A program made the position numbers and the translations under genes. A stretch of DNA of 64,000 nucleotides from Mantamonas sphyraenae STR306 (lineage: Eukaryota > Protista > CRuMs), in contig JAPMXV010000017.1 in assembly GCA_026936335.1 (NCBI GenBank), positions 124,001-188,000 on the forward strand, in the 5' to 3' direction. The notes below the pieces were generated by a model. It was given only the letters and a program-made list of their open reading frames with translations. It was not told where the DNA came from and did no database searches. Positions 43,512-57,200 of the stretch are shown piece after piece. The first letter of the stretch is position 1. The number at the start of each line of letters is the position of its first letter.

Positions 43512-46500
43512 TCACAGCGCATAGCGCGCTCTCAGCCACGTCAACACCGATGACACACCAGCCGCCATGGCCGAGGCAGCCACACCAGACAGTGACTGTA
43601 CCAGGCCTTGGGTTAGTGGCACGCCGAGGATCTTGGGGGGATCGTGCACCAGGCCCAACAGCGTCATCAGGTTGTCAATCATCTCCAGTGACATCTCCAG
43701 ATTGGTCAGGTACTGGTCTGTGCGCTTCTTGTACATGCCCAGCTGCATGCACACCGACACGCGGTACTTTTCTTTGGCCAACACGGCCAGATGCTTGGTC
43801 TGCTGCTCGTTGATCTGGGCCCCAATGAAAATCACCGCCAGGGTGAGCGAGCCCAACACCATCACACTGTACACCAGCGAAATCAGGATCTCCATCTCCC
43901 GGGCAGTGCCCTCCAGAAACTCCATGATCATGAAAATGATCTGCAGCAGCGTGGCCACCAATGACACCGCCGTCACAACTTCCAGTCGCTTGATCAGCTC
44001 GGCACGGTACGATTGAATCACCCAACGGTAGTACAGCCACAGCCGCACGTTGCGTGGCGACTCGGTCAGGTCCAGAAAGCGGCCGTGTTCCGACGGCTGC
44101 GTCATCAGCGGAAAATCCTTCATCACCATCAGCCGTGCGTTGTACAGATGCACACCTTCGAGAAGCAGGTAGAGGAACATGCCACCAGACACCCAGCTCG
44201 TCAACATGGAACTGAGGACCACGACGTAGTGGTACCACGCGCCGGCCTCAAACACCTCGGTCCCAGAGATCTGCCAACGCAGCAGTGCGGGTCCCACGGC
44301 GTGTGGCAAACTCAACAATCCGGCCAGGGTCAGCCACTTCCACGTGCGCTCGGGCTTGATCTGGTCCATTTTGGTGCGGCGCTTTGTGTCGTTGCTGGGT
44401 TTCTGCCAATACGTCGGCTGGATGGCCAGATACATGCCACAGGTGAACGAGGCCGCCACGTACGTTGTGATGGGCAGCCAGATCTCCTCGGGCTGCGTGG
44501 TGACAAATGCACTGCGAAACGTGTACCAGAGAACAATCATCGCCACCAAGGGTGGCCACAGACACATCAGCGTGTACAACATGTGGCGCTTGGTCGTGTC
44601 GCTGGCAGCCGTCATCCTGTGCAGCGTCCTTCGCATGGACCAAAACCCGATGGGGGGCAGCAGCAGCGCAAACACAACTTGTTTCAGCACAGCCCACACC
44701 GTTTGCGTGGCCCTGTTGCCATGGCTGTGGAAGAACGTCGACTCAAAATGGTCCAACACACTGGCCATCTTCTCTTTGCCCGAACCCAGCTCTTTGGCCA
44801 CGCTGCCCACGTGTGTGAACCCGCGCTGGGTGCGATCTTCGTGCACGTGCTCCTTCAGATCGTGCCAATGCGACAACGCACGTTTGTTGTGCCGTTGCCT
44901 GACGCCCGATCCGCTGTCAACCGTCATCTCTTCTGCTGTTCCAGACACCGAAGCATTTGCCGCCACGGTTGTTCCGTCAGGATGACGCTCGTGATCTTGG
45001 TGATGTTCGTCCTCATCCTCCTCCTCCATCATGGCGGTGGTGTCGTACTCATGTTCGTCCATCTCACGTGCCATAGCCACCACGCCTGCACCGTGGTTGT
45101 CATGTCGCATCCGACCAGACATGTTGCCCTGGTCTGACGGGCTGCTTCCGTGACCCGTCACCGTCGTCCGCCGCCGCCGTCCTGTGACCAGGGTGTTTGC
45201 TGCACTCACACCTTCCAACATGCGCTGCAGTCGTCTGCAATCCATCTGCGCGTCTTCCAACGCCTTGCGTGTCTCGTCCAGCTCGTCCGCCAGGCTGTCC
45301 ACGCGTTCTCGCAGCGTCTCCTTTTGCGTCTGGTCTCGCATCAGCGCATACCGCACCGCCACCAAGTTGACCCCGTCTGCGTGTGACAGTTGCTGCAGCT
45401 GCTGCAGCTCCGGATGCACGCTCAACACACGCTCCTGCGTTTCGTAGACGAGTTCAAACGACCCACTGCTGTCGATGGTGCTCTCCCAGTCCAGCGTAAA
45501 CCCTGTGGCAGTGTTTCGCAGTGCAAACCGACGTGGCAGCGACACATCATGCTCCACACACAGGTCACGGATGACCTGACCCGAGCGACAGTGAGCACGC
45601 ACCGTGTGCTCCTCTTCGGCCGCTCCCTCAAAGGCACGCACCTCCGCCGCAAACCGGATGGTGATCTTGAAGCGCTCGCCCACGGCCACTTGTTCCCGGA
45701 TGTCCAAGATGGCGCTGATCTGGTCGTTGAGGCGGTCGTCGTTGATGAACTCGGCGTACGGTGACAACAGGTATGCCTCCAGGGCGTCCATGGGCTCCAC
45801 GTCCTGGTCTCCCAGGTCGTCGGGACTCTCTGCCAGGATGCGCTGCAGAACCTTGATGCTCATGTCCTGCATGTGTGCGTCCTCGTGGCCCACAAGGTCA
45901 AAGAGGAGCTCCAACGCACCGTGCTCCACCAGGGACAGTTTGCACAGCTGGATGCGTCCCAGGTGATACATTGTGCGCACACAGGCCTTTTGCACGTCCA
46001 GCAGCGTGGATTTGCCCCACGACACCACTGTGCGCACAAAGAGCGCGTCGTGCGCCTGAACCAGCGCAGTATGCACCTCTTTGTTCTCCACCAGTCTGAA
46101 GCACACGTCCACCACCACGGCCAGCAACTCTTCGTCCAGGTCGTCGCCTGTGTGCCACGTTCCCATTCGCAGAAGATTGTCAAACACGTCCGATTCCACC
46201 ATCAGCTCGTGGTTCTCGGCAAAGTGCACAAAACGTCGCAGATCAGCCACACACTTTGTTCGCAGATCCGTTCCCTGTGTTGGCCACACACACCGTGTGT
46301 CAATGGCCACCCCATTTCACATCCGTAGCCACTGGCTCCACCATGCCGCCACTCAAAACTCACCTCCCACGCGAGGCCTGACACGAGCAAGTGGAACCGC
46401 TCGTCCGTCAGCAGGTCCGCATCGTTCTCGATGTTGCCCAGCTGTTCATCTGCCACCACATTCAGCTCGTACATGCCATCTTGGTCGTCCACAAGTCGGG

Positions 46501-46561
46501 TCCCACTCCCTGACGATGTCAAACCACCGCCACCGGCTTCTGTTGAGGCCTGATTCCCCAT
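43512..46561 (-). CDS. PHTF-like multi-pass (7TM ion-channel-fold) protein with N-terminal ARM-like and coiled-coil regions
   Basis: MGNQAS start, intron near 46363-46277. C-terminal NVRLWLYYRWVIQ...IGAQINEQ...LAKEKYRV...DPPKILGVPLTQGLVQSL...SAMAAGVSSVL parallels the PHTF C-terminus as recalled. Confidence 0.65.
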
Positions 46562-46619
46562 GGAATTGAGTTGCGCGCAGTTGCGTGTTGTTTCATTTTT
46601 GTCTTTCTCCTCTTCCTCT

Positions 46620-48973
46620 TCATCCCTTTCGCTTGCTGCGCAACAAGCTGGCACTCAGATCCGATTGGCTGCGATCGCCCATCTTTAGCTTGCGCTCGGC
46701 AGACATGGTGCGGCGCTCGAGCTCCTTGACCTGCTTGGTGTCCAGCGGCTGGATGACGCCTTCGGTCTTGTTGAGCTTGGCACGCTCCTGTTCGGCCAGC
46801 TCGCGCAGTTCAAAGTAGTACTTGGCATAGAGGGACGAGGGTACGGTGAGGTGGTAGCGAGTCAGTTCGAGCATGAGCCGCTCGATGGCGTTGAGGTCGG
46901 CCAGCTTGACCAGCGGGAAGATCACCGTAAAGTCCGAATTCCACAGCGAGGCATCCTCCACGGTCTTGGATGCCAGCAGGGTGGCTCCAAGCAGCACACG
47001 GCGCCAGTTGATGGGCAGGATGCGCAGACCGCAGGCAAGCAGGCGCTCGACGTACACGAGCACAATCACGGCCACCTCGACCTCGAGTTGGGCCGCCTGG
47101 AACAGGGCGTTGATGAATTTGTACACATGCTCGGGGGTCGGCGTGGTGGTGCGTGTGAAACGCAGGATTGGGTGTTTGCGTTCGTCAAACAGCTCAAAGT
47201 CGGCCTCCTCTTCTTCGTCCTTCCACTCGCCCAGCTCGCACTCGGCCACGTGGAACGAAATGGCCGTACCCACCGTCAGCAACAGGGCCTCCCGGTCGGG
47301 ATTCTCAAGAGTGGAGCTGATAAACAGCGACGACGTGCTGTTGCTCTTGGTGCGTCGAAGGTCGCGCAGGTGCACAATGCGGCCCCCCTTGAGCTCGTTG
47401 CGCAGCGTCCGCTTCGGCGACGGTGAGTCTGTCGACTTGTACGATGGTGCCTTTTCCAGCAATGATCCTTCCTTTGCCTCATTGTCCTTGCTGCTGCTGG
47501 AGCTGCTGCTGGAGCTGCTGCTGCTGCTCGTCGTGGTGCTTGTGCTGCTCGAAGAGCTCGACGACGACGCGCCTGCTCCCTCCTCCTCCATCGCACTTGT
47601 GGCAATTTCAATGGCACTCTTGTCGATCGCCTCTGCTCCCAGCGACTTGCTCTTCATCACCTGTGGTCGATCGTTGTCGATGCTCAGGCTGTTGCTGCGG
47701 ATGCGCTCGGCCTGCAGTTTGCCGATTTAGGAAGGCGCCGCCGCAGCCGCGTTTTTGTCAGTGCCTTTTCCCGATTAGGCAGGTTGTGTGCTTGCGCCGT
47801 TGCCGTTTCCCTCTCACACACGTGCCACACTCCTCCATGCATGTGCATTCCACCCTGCCCAATTGCCGCTTCACCCATGCTCCCGTCTCCCTGTGCGGGC
47901 AAACCTGCCGCACACGCTTGCCCTCGAGACGCCTTCGAAGCGAACAAAAAGCATTGACACGTCGGGCCGCACGGCTCCAGGCCACCTCCACAGCTGCATG
48001 GGGACCCTTCCACAAGCATCCCCAAGCACCCTGCATCCGACCTGAACTGTTGGCCATGCGATGTGCCTTCTGCTTCCATGCAGTGCAGAGGCCGAAAGGT
48101 CCATTTTTGATGACCGTGGCCGTTGCGTGACCATTTTCATGCCTCTCTGCGTCATGCACACACATACACAGGCCATGGATTTTCTCACACGCATGCACAT
48201 GTGGTCAGGCACAGATGGGTGCCATTGGACAGCACGGTGCATCACCGTCTGGCGCAGATTGCAGGCCTGCCGTGCGGGCAGGGAGGATCATTTGCCAGGG
48301 TGGGTCACCGGGACCCCAGCAGACGCAACAGCCTTGCACGACCACACACACAAGGCCCTACAGGACCAAACAACACACGGGACACACACACGCGCATCCG
48401 AATGCACACAGCACGTTCTCCCTCGCCGTGGGCACTCACCTTGAAGATGGTTTCTTGCGGCAGCGGGGAACGTCGGCCCACAAACTTGTCGCCAAAGAAG
48501 CTGCGCTCGTCGCGCACGGAGGAGGAGCGACGCCTGCGACTGCCCTTGCTGCCACGCGAATCGTCGCTGCTGGTTTCGTCCTCGTCACTGCTGGAAAAGT
48601 CGGAGCGCGACTTGCGGTATTTCTTTTTACCCTTTTGGGAGGCGCCCTCCACGATTTTCGGCACCTGCAGCAGCGAGTCGCCATTGCGTGGGTTTGTACC
48701 GTGGATGGTGTTACGACGCGGAGGCGTGCTTTGCTGCACGCGAAACTTGGGTTTTGCTTTGCCCTTTTTGCCTTTGCTTTCGGCCTGTTCGGCCTCCACC
48801 GCGGCCAGGGCCGCCGCTGCAATGTCTGCCTGCGACTCTCCGCCACTCGACGTGCGCTGGCCACTCAGCCTTCGCAACAGGCCCTTCTTCTTCTTCTTTT
48901 TGTCGCCTGGTTGCAGGCTATCATCAAACTGCGAATCCTGCTCGCCGTCCGGCAGCGATTGTTCGTTGCCCAT
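46620..48973 (-). CDS. CCNY: Cyclin Y-like protein
   Basis: MGNEQS myristoylation-type start; exon to 48440, last exon 47711-46620 (extra internal exons possible). KSNSTSSLF, LFQAAQL...LVYVERLL, NWRRVLLGATLLASK, YAKYYFELR. Confidence 0.85.
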
Positions 48974-49068
48974 CCCTTTGCGAAGTTTTGCCCCAGGGTG
49001 CGCACCCGCATCCAGCCCCAGTTCCCCCTTGCCACCCATCTCACTCGCAATCCGGTGCGTCCCACACA

Positions 49069-49667
49069 ATGCTCCTTGCTGCTTGGACTGCGTCGGACGA
49101 CACAGTGAGTGCGGCAGACGTACGCATGGCCCTGCAGAAGCAGCTCGTGGTCCTCGGCGCAGAGTTTGCCTCCTCCTGGAATGTCCAGTGTTCCACCGTG
49201 TCTCTGCACAGCAGCAATGCCTTGCAGCGTGACGCAGCACCCGCCATGTATGCTGTCACCATGAGCGACCACGCAAACAAGTGCTACTACGTTGCAGAAG
49301 ACGTCGTGCTGGAGACCACCGACGCAAACCAGCAGCTGCTTCGCTTGTTTGCTCACTACAAGCCTGTCAAGCGCAGCAACAGTGCTGCGTCCATCAAAGG
49401 CGAGATTTACGTCATGGGCGACCTTGTGTTCAAGCTGGGCACGGTTCAGAACGACGTCTCCAAACCTTTGTACGTTGAGGTCGCCTACAGCCCCTATGGC
49501 GGCTCAGAGGACATCGATGACATGCTCAGCGACGTGTTGGACAGCATTGCTGCCGATGATGCCCTCAAGGGCTACTCCTACGACGTCGTTCAGCGTGAAG
49601 ACACCAACGAGAAGCGACACAGCAACAGCGACGCTGCCCTCCTCTACGTCCAGCTCCTCGCAGGCTG

Positions 49668-49668
<1 letters not shown>
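49069..49668 (+). CDS. MED20: Mediator subunit 20 (start uncertain)
   Basis: LGAEFASSWNVQC; IKGEIYVMGDLVFKLGTV...LYVEVAY; C-terminal Y.QL. Confidence 0.7.
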
Positions 49669-49704
<36 letters not shown>

Positions 49705-49851
49705 AACAAACACATGTCTGAACAAGAATCGCATGCGTCTGGACCCTGCAATCTGATCGTCTTGCCTCGTCTTGCACACAGCGCCGTCGCTGCCAATCAA
49801 AAGCCCGATTGCCCACCTTTCCACTCATTCTAATTTTACGGGCTCTCCACC

Positions 49852-52800
49852 ATGAGCAATTTTGATTCCAGTGGGCCTCATCTCGACGAGGAGTGGACCT
49901 ACGTCGCCGTGGATCTTGTGCGTTTTTCCGCTTTTTCCGCCCGGCGCCTTGGTTGGGCCCTTGCCACACGTGGAAACATGCACACACGCTGACACGACAC
50001 ACCCTCTCACCTGCATCCACACTTGTCCACACACGTACCCAGCCGTCCGCACGCGAAGAGGCGTTGGTGCTGCCTCGCATGCTAAGAGGCGAACGCATCT
50101 TTTGCAGAGTCGACGGCGTCCTCTACGAAAAGGCGCACCAGCAGGATGCCTACCGCACCGCTGGCGCCGGATCCTCCAACACAGGCGGCCTACTTAAGTA
50201 AGTGTGCCGTTGTTCCCGCGTGTATTGCGCCCTCCACACCCCGTTCTTGCCGCCACCAAAGAAAATCCTTCCACAACGCGAAATGGCCCGCAAACACGCC
50301 GCCTGCTCGATTCGCCCACGGGGAACACGCCCGCTCAGACAACTGACCCATGCATTTCATTTCTACACACACACACACGCACACACAGCTTCATGGTAAA
50401 CGGTTTCACGTCGTCATCGTCCTCGACACTGTCCGAGGGCTCGCAGGCGTCGCAAGACTCGGACGTGTCCATGATCAACGAAAACGAAGGCGCTTTGTTC
50501 TTCACCAACTTCCAGCTCATCTTTTCGCCGTACAAGGCGTCGCGGTCGCCTCTTACCATTCTGGACGCCGGCTGCGTGCGCCTTCCACTGTGTTCCGTGT
50601 TCCAGGTCACGTCACAGACAGCGTGCAACGACGACCCGCGCTTCCCGACGCCGGTGCTGCAGATCACGGGCAAGAATCTGCTCGTGCTGCGCTTTGCGTT
50701 TTCCACCACGTTTGCATTTCAGCAAGCGATGAAGTGGGCCACAGTCATGTCGTTTCCCGAGGTCACGGACATGTTTGCGTTTGCCCTGCGTGCAGACGAA
50801 CAGGAACTGCTCGCGGTGGGCAGCCACGGCAACGGCGCACTCGACACACGCGAGACACAAACCATCACCAGCAAGGGGGTCATTGTAAGTGGCGTGCTGG
50901 GTTCACCCTTCAAGTCGCCCAAGGGACCGCGCACATTTGCTTCGACAAAAACGCGCTGGAAGCTGGAGGGCGACGCCGATACCTCGCTGGAGGTCGCTGT
51001 GCGTACGCTGGGTGACACCGGCGATCTGGGGGACGGCCTGTCGGAAGACGACCAAGACGCGTTTGTGCCACAGATCCGCGTGTACGAGGACTGGCAAGGG
51101 ACCATGTCGCCGCACCTGAAACGCATGATGCATCTGGCAGACGACGTGGACGTGGAACACATCACTCTCAATCGCTTCCTGCGCGACGTGTACAATGGCA
51201 TCATGCCGCAAGAGGAGTCGAGCAGCAGCAACGGCGACGCAAGGTCGGCGGATAGCCAGGACGACGATCATCACAGCGACAACGACGACGTGGTGGCAGA
51301 GCAGGACACAGAATCGCTGGGTGCACTGGTGGACGACGATGACGACGGCAGGGAAAAGACAGCGCAGAATGACACCGAAGGGGGCGAGGAGACGGAGGAC
51401 GAAGGCATGACGACGCCGAGGACGGTGTCGACGCTGAAGCGGGTCAAGTCGTTTGTTGTGACGCAACCAGAGCAGCTGCAGTCGCTGGATTACAGCTGCG
51501 AAATCCCAGGGTGCAAGTTTGATTATGCAGAGACGAGCCGCGAGCGGTGGTACGACGCACGCAAGGAGTTTGACCGGCAGGGGGTCGGGGCAAGCAAGCT
51601 GTGGCGCTACACCGAGGCCAACGAAGAGTACCAGCTGTGTTCGACGTACCCACGTGTGCTGGTGGTGCCTTCCGCCATGTCGGACAAGGAGCTGATGCAG
51701 GTGGCGTCGTTCCGCACAAAGTCGCGGTTGCCCGTGCTCACATGGAGGCACATGGACTACGAAAACGTGGCGATGTTGCGCTCGTCACAGCCACGTGTGG
51801 GAGTGACCAACTCACGCAACGTGGTCGACGAGGCCCTGCTGGACATTGTGCAAAAGGCGCAGCCGAGCCAGGATCCGCTGTTGATCATCGATTGCAGGCC
51901 AAAGACCAACGCGGTAGCCAACTCGCTCGCCGGCGGAGGTTACGAGAGTTCGGTGTACGAGAACTGCACTGTGCAGTTTGCCAACATCGAAAACATCCAC
52001 GTGATGCGAGACTCGCTGAGCAAACTGATGGACTTGTGTGCGCTGGTGACACCGGGCCAGGGCCAATCGACGCTGACGTTTGGCGACAGCGGCTGGCTGA
52101 GCAAGGTGGAAAACACGGGGTGGCTGGAGCATGTGAGGTTGGTGCTGATGGTGTCGCTGGAGGTGGCGCGGGCGATGGAGCAGGACCACATCAGCGTGCT
52201 GGTCCATTGCAGCGACGGGTGGGACCGCACGGCGCAGGTGTGTGCCTTGGCTCAGATCATGCTGGATCCGTACTATCGCACCATCGAAGGGTTCGAGGTG
52301 CTCATCGAGAAGGACTGGTGTTCGTTTGGGCACAAGTTTGCGCAGCGGCTGGGCCACGGCGACAGCAAGTACTGGGACGACCAGCGCTCGCCTGTGTTCT
52401 TGCAGTTTCTGGACTGTGTCTACCAGTTGCTGGTGCAATTTCCGATGGCGTTTGAGTTCAACGAAAACCTGCTGATTGCGGTGGCAGACCACATGTACAC
52501 ATGCCAGTTTGGCACGTTTCTGTGCAACTGCGAACGGGAACGCGAGGAGTTGGAGGTGCGGGAACGGTGTGTGAGTGTGTGGACGTGTCTGAACCACTAC
52601 GCGCGGCAGCACGACGAGGTGCTGCTGGCCGAGGGGGGACGCATGTTTCTGTACACCAACCCGTTCTTTGTGGGTGTGGGCAGCAGTGTGCAAGGGTACG
52701 TGCCGTCCACGGTGGTCGAAGCCAACCAGGGTGCTCTGCTGAATGTGGACTGTTCCTCGGTGAGCATGCGGCTGTGGCGCTCGTACTACCTGCGCTGGCA

Positions 52801-53515
52801 CCACAGCAACGTGACGTACCACGGCCTGGTCAACGTGATCCCGCGAGAACCAAGTGCCGAGCCGGAACTGCTGTACCGCTCGCTCAAGGTGGAGCGAGAC
52901 GCGATGGCGCAAATGCTGGAGGAGCAACGGGAAGGAGCGGCGGCAATGCGTGAGGAGATGGAGCGGTTGCGCAAGCAGCTGGAAAAGGAGCGTGTGAACA
53001 AGCTGGAGGGCATTGTGCGTGGCGAGGTCCAGGATGAGGTGGATTCAAAGAGCATGGTGGGTGGCGACGGGGAATGCGAAGGTGACGGCGCGGAGGACTG
53101 TGAGGAGGAGGAACGCGAAGACGTGGGCGAGTACTATGCTTTTGACACACCCGAGGAGTGGGAACACTACAACCGGGAGCTGCTGGGAATGCCTCTGGCA
53201 CGGTTTGTGAGTGGGACGCGACACGTGGACGTGGAATGGGACTACCCGCCTCTGTGCAGGCCCATTCAGGAGCAGGTGAAGCTGAGGGACGGCGTGCGCA
53301 ACACGCATGGCACGCATGTTAGCCAACTGCCGAGCAAGAATGCAGCAGCTGGAGGCAGCAACAAGAATGCCAAGGGCACGCGCAAGGGACTGCAATTTGA
53401 CTTTAACGCAGTGGCCGAGCCTAACCAGGTGGAGGAGTTGGTGCAGAGCGTAGTTTATGGCCAGGAAGACTCGTTCTACGGGTCGTTGATGTTGGCAGAA
53501 AGCAGCGCGGAGTGA
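49852..53515 (+). CDS. Myotubularin-family phosphoinositide 3-phosphatase (active type)
   Basis: Exons from 49852, ~50043 and ~50389. NEEYQLCSTYP, FRTKSRLPVLTW, LRSSQP, catalytic VHCSDGWDRT, LDPYYRTIEGF, SPVFLQFLDCV, coiled coil. Confidence 0.95.
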
Positions 53516-54215
53516 GTTGGAGTGCTGGGTCTTTGATGGAATGGAAATGCCACAGCCATGCAGTGCGAGTCAGACGTAAAGGTAACCTCATCGCCATGAC
53601 GGCGGTCGGATATCTGAGCAACGGGAGTGGTTGGAAGCGGTGTCAGGAGGCGGCAAAAGACCCCAGAGGGTTTGATCACAGCGGCGCGGCTTTCCATGGC
53701 GCGTGAGGGCACCACCGCGGTCAACTTACCTAACTAGATTTCGAGCATCATTCTCCACTGCTGGGTTGTCGGGCAGGAAGAGGGAAGAGGGGAAGGGCAA
53801 AGGGCAAAAAGGCAGTGCTGGACGTGTGGAGTGTGTGTTGCGAATCGAAGAAAAGTGGCGCAGGTGCATTTTGGCGAACCAACCTGGAAAGGGGACAACG
53901 TGTGAGTGGACGCAGGAGGACACATGTGCAACCCAAAGCAATGGCCATGGTCGGGAATGAGGCTGGGAAGGCTCAGAGGAATTTGAAAAGAGGTTGATCG
54001 TCAGCGTGTCCGCCACAGAAGAGCTTGCGGGCTCGGACGGACGCGAATTCGGCAAGAACGCAGCCTCGAGTTTCTCATCATGGCCAAGAGGCTGGGGTGC
54101 GGTGGGGGGTGGGGGGGGGGGGGGGGTTTCATGCGAGTCTCACCTTCCAGCCTGAAAACAACTGCCTTGCACTGGGCCAGCGGACGCAGCGGCAAAGAAA
54201 ACCACCACTGTCCTC

Positions 54216-57200
54216 ATGTCGTCGTCATCATCATCGTCGTCGTCATCGCGGAGCGAAAATGGCTCAAAGGACGTTGTGGTGCCTGATGGGGTCAAAGAGG
54301 TACGCAGGGGAGGGTGGGGGACGAAGGGGAAGGAGGACGATGGGAGTGGCGAGACGCCAAAGCAGCACGGAACTGACCAATTGAGACGCACCATTGCGCG
54401 ACGGACACGCAGGGTGCCGAAGTATGGCATCCTCACGGGGAGGATGGATTTGAACTGGCGACCGTGACCGCCGTGGACGGGCAAACGGGCAAGGTGACGC
54501 TGGCGTTGCACTCTTCGAACGAGGTGAGTGAGAGTGACCGCGCGTACGCGGTGACACGGAACTGCACCGGCGTCGTCAGCAGACACAGACATGGCAAAAC
54601 GTGACACTGGGCATGATGAGGAGGGTGGTGTGTGTGAAAGGGTGCGCACTGCAACGCCAGTGCGGCCGAGGTTTCCACTACGAAAGGTGCGAAAAGCGTG
54701 CCCTCTCGCACACCTCGAAGCTGACTCGCGCGTTTTTGCACGTGCCTCCTGCCCACAGCAAGTAACCACAGACGTAGGCAGCGTGTCACCAGTCAATCCC
54801 AAGGAGCAAGAAGCGGTGCCAGACAACACTGAGCTCATGTTCCTGCACGAGGCCGGACTGTTGCACAACCTGCGTTGCCGCTACGACACAGACGACATCT
54901 ATGTACGTGGACCATGCGGGAGACCAGCGCTCGGAGGAACGGGAAAGGAGGGGTCACAGACCAAGGTGGAAGCGTGAGCGTGGACTCACCCCATGCTGAC
55001 ACCGTCCCATGCGTGTACAGACATACACAGCGTCGATTCTGATTGCCATCAACCCGTTCAAACGGCTGCCGCAGCTGTACACAGACGACATGTTGCTTTC
55101 CTACAAGAACAAGAGCATTGGACAACGCCCGCCACATGTGTTTGCCATTGCAGACACGGCGTACCGGCGCATGTGCACGTCGCACAGCAACCAGGCCATC
55201 ATTGTCAGCGGCGAGAGTGGCTCGGGCAAGACGGAAACATGCAAGCTCGTCATGCGTTTCCTCACCACAGCCTCCTCCACAGCCGCTGCTCTTAGCAGTG
55301 CCATGGCCTCGTCCGAGGCGGGGCTTGCTGCCTCGCCGTCGCTCCTCGAGCAGCAGATCCTCGAGTGCAACCCTATCCTGGAGGCGTTTGGCAACGCAAA
55401 GACCCTGCGCAACAACAACTCGTCGCGATTTGTAGGTGTCTCGGGGCGGTGGTGTGTGTGTGATGTGTGTAGGAGAGCGTGTGTTGCGCATTGAACTCAC
55501 AGCGGGGCCAACGACGACAGGGCAAGTACACAGAGATGCACTTTGACGAAAACAACCGCATTGTGGGCGCAAGTGTGCGCACGTATTTGCTGGAAAAGTC
55601 ACGCATTGTGTTTCAGACACCCGGGGAGCGTAACTACCACGTGTTCTACCAGCTGTGTGCCGGAGTGGAGGACGATCTTCGCACGGAGCTGTTTCTGGGG
55701 CCCGCCGACTCGTTCAACTATCTCAACCAAAGCGGATGCCTTGAAATCGACGGCGTCGACGACGTGGCCGATTTCAAGGAGCTGCGCCAGGCTCTGGACC
55801 TGATTGGCTTGAGCGACGTGTCGGTGGACATCTTCAAGGTGCTGGCAGGCATCCTGAACCTCGGCAACATCGACTTTCAGGACAACAGCAACGACGAAGC
55901 GCGTGTGGTGGACAGCACACAGCTGGCAAACACGGCCTTGCTCTTTGGTGTCACGGCAGAGGCGTTTGAGACGGCCTTGATCAAGCGGATGATCCGCTCG
56001 CCCGGAGGCGTGATTGAAAAGCCGCTGGGAGCCGTGGACGCGGCTTTCAACAGGGATGCGCTGGCCAAGGCCATGTACGGACGATTGTTTGACTTTCTGG
56101 TGTCCAGCATCAACGACATTCTGATCCCCGACGAAAAGCTTGCGCGCAACCACATCGGCGTGCTGGACATTTTCGGCTTTGAGTTTTTCGACGTCAACTC
56201 GTTTGAGCAGCTGTGCATCAACCACGCCAACGAGAAACTGCAGCAGCATTTCAACACACAGGTGCTGGATCAGGAGCAGGAGCTGTACCGCAAGGAAGCC
56301 ATCCGCTTCAACCCGATCGAGTTTGAGGACAACAGCGACACCATCGAGATCCTGGAGCGGCGACACGACGGCGTGTTTGCCATTTTGGACGAGCAATGCC
56401 GGTTGCCACGTGCAGACGCAGCCAGCTTTGGAACAAAGGTGCACGCTGTGCACGGCAAATCGCCCAAGAGCGACGCAAACAGCAAGCTGTACGAGCCACG
56501 CTGGCACAAAGACCGCGCAGCGCGGCGGCTGCGTGCAGAGGAGGGCTTTGTGGTGGAGCACTTTGCCGGCGCAGTGTGCTACTCCACGGAAGGGTTCCTG
56601 GAAAAGAACAACGACCAGCTGCTGGAGGATCTGGAAGAGTGCATGAAGGCGTCGTCGTGGTCGTTTATGGAACAGCTTGTGGAGAAGGAGCAGCAACAGG
56701 CCAACAAGCGCAACAGCGTGCGTATGAGCGGCAGCGGGATGGGCGGGTCCCGCGCAGGCGACGACCGTAAGCGCTTCAGCAGCGTGGCAAGCAAGTTCAA
56801 GACGCAGCTGGAGCTGCTCATGGCAGGACTGAGCATAACGACGTCACACTTTATTCGCTGCATCAAACCAAACAGCAACCAGTCGCCGGACGACTTTAGC
56901 GGACACGACATCAAGCACCAGCTGCGCTGCTCGGGCATGATGGAAACACTGCTGCTGATGCACGAGGGCTACCCAACACGCACTCCGTACCAATTTCTGT
57001 ACGAACGTTATCGTGACCTGATGCCTGCGTCCATCCAGGACCTGAAGCCGGCGGAGTTTTGCGAGGCGCTGTTGATGGCGCTGGACTTTCGCCGGGAAGA
57101 CTTTCAACTGGGCATCACGCGGCTGTTTTTTCCGCGCTGGCAAGATGGCTGTGCTGGATGAGCTGAGCGGGCCGGGGTACAAGGAGCTGGCTGCGGATAT

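Noticed and set aside
53516-54215. Small spliced gene, C/D snoRNA or G-quadruplex element in the 700-bp gap (poly-G at 54101-54126)
   Set aside because: Isolated box- and splice-like words only; no coherent ORF or terminal stem that I can support.
57120-57140. Programmed ribosomal frameshift in the myosin
   Set aside because: A homopolymer indel is simpler, and a similar indel occurs in the NEK gene; reads are needed to decide.
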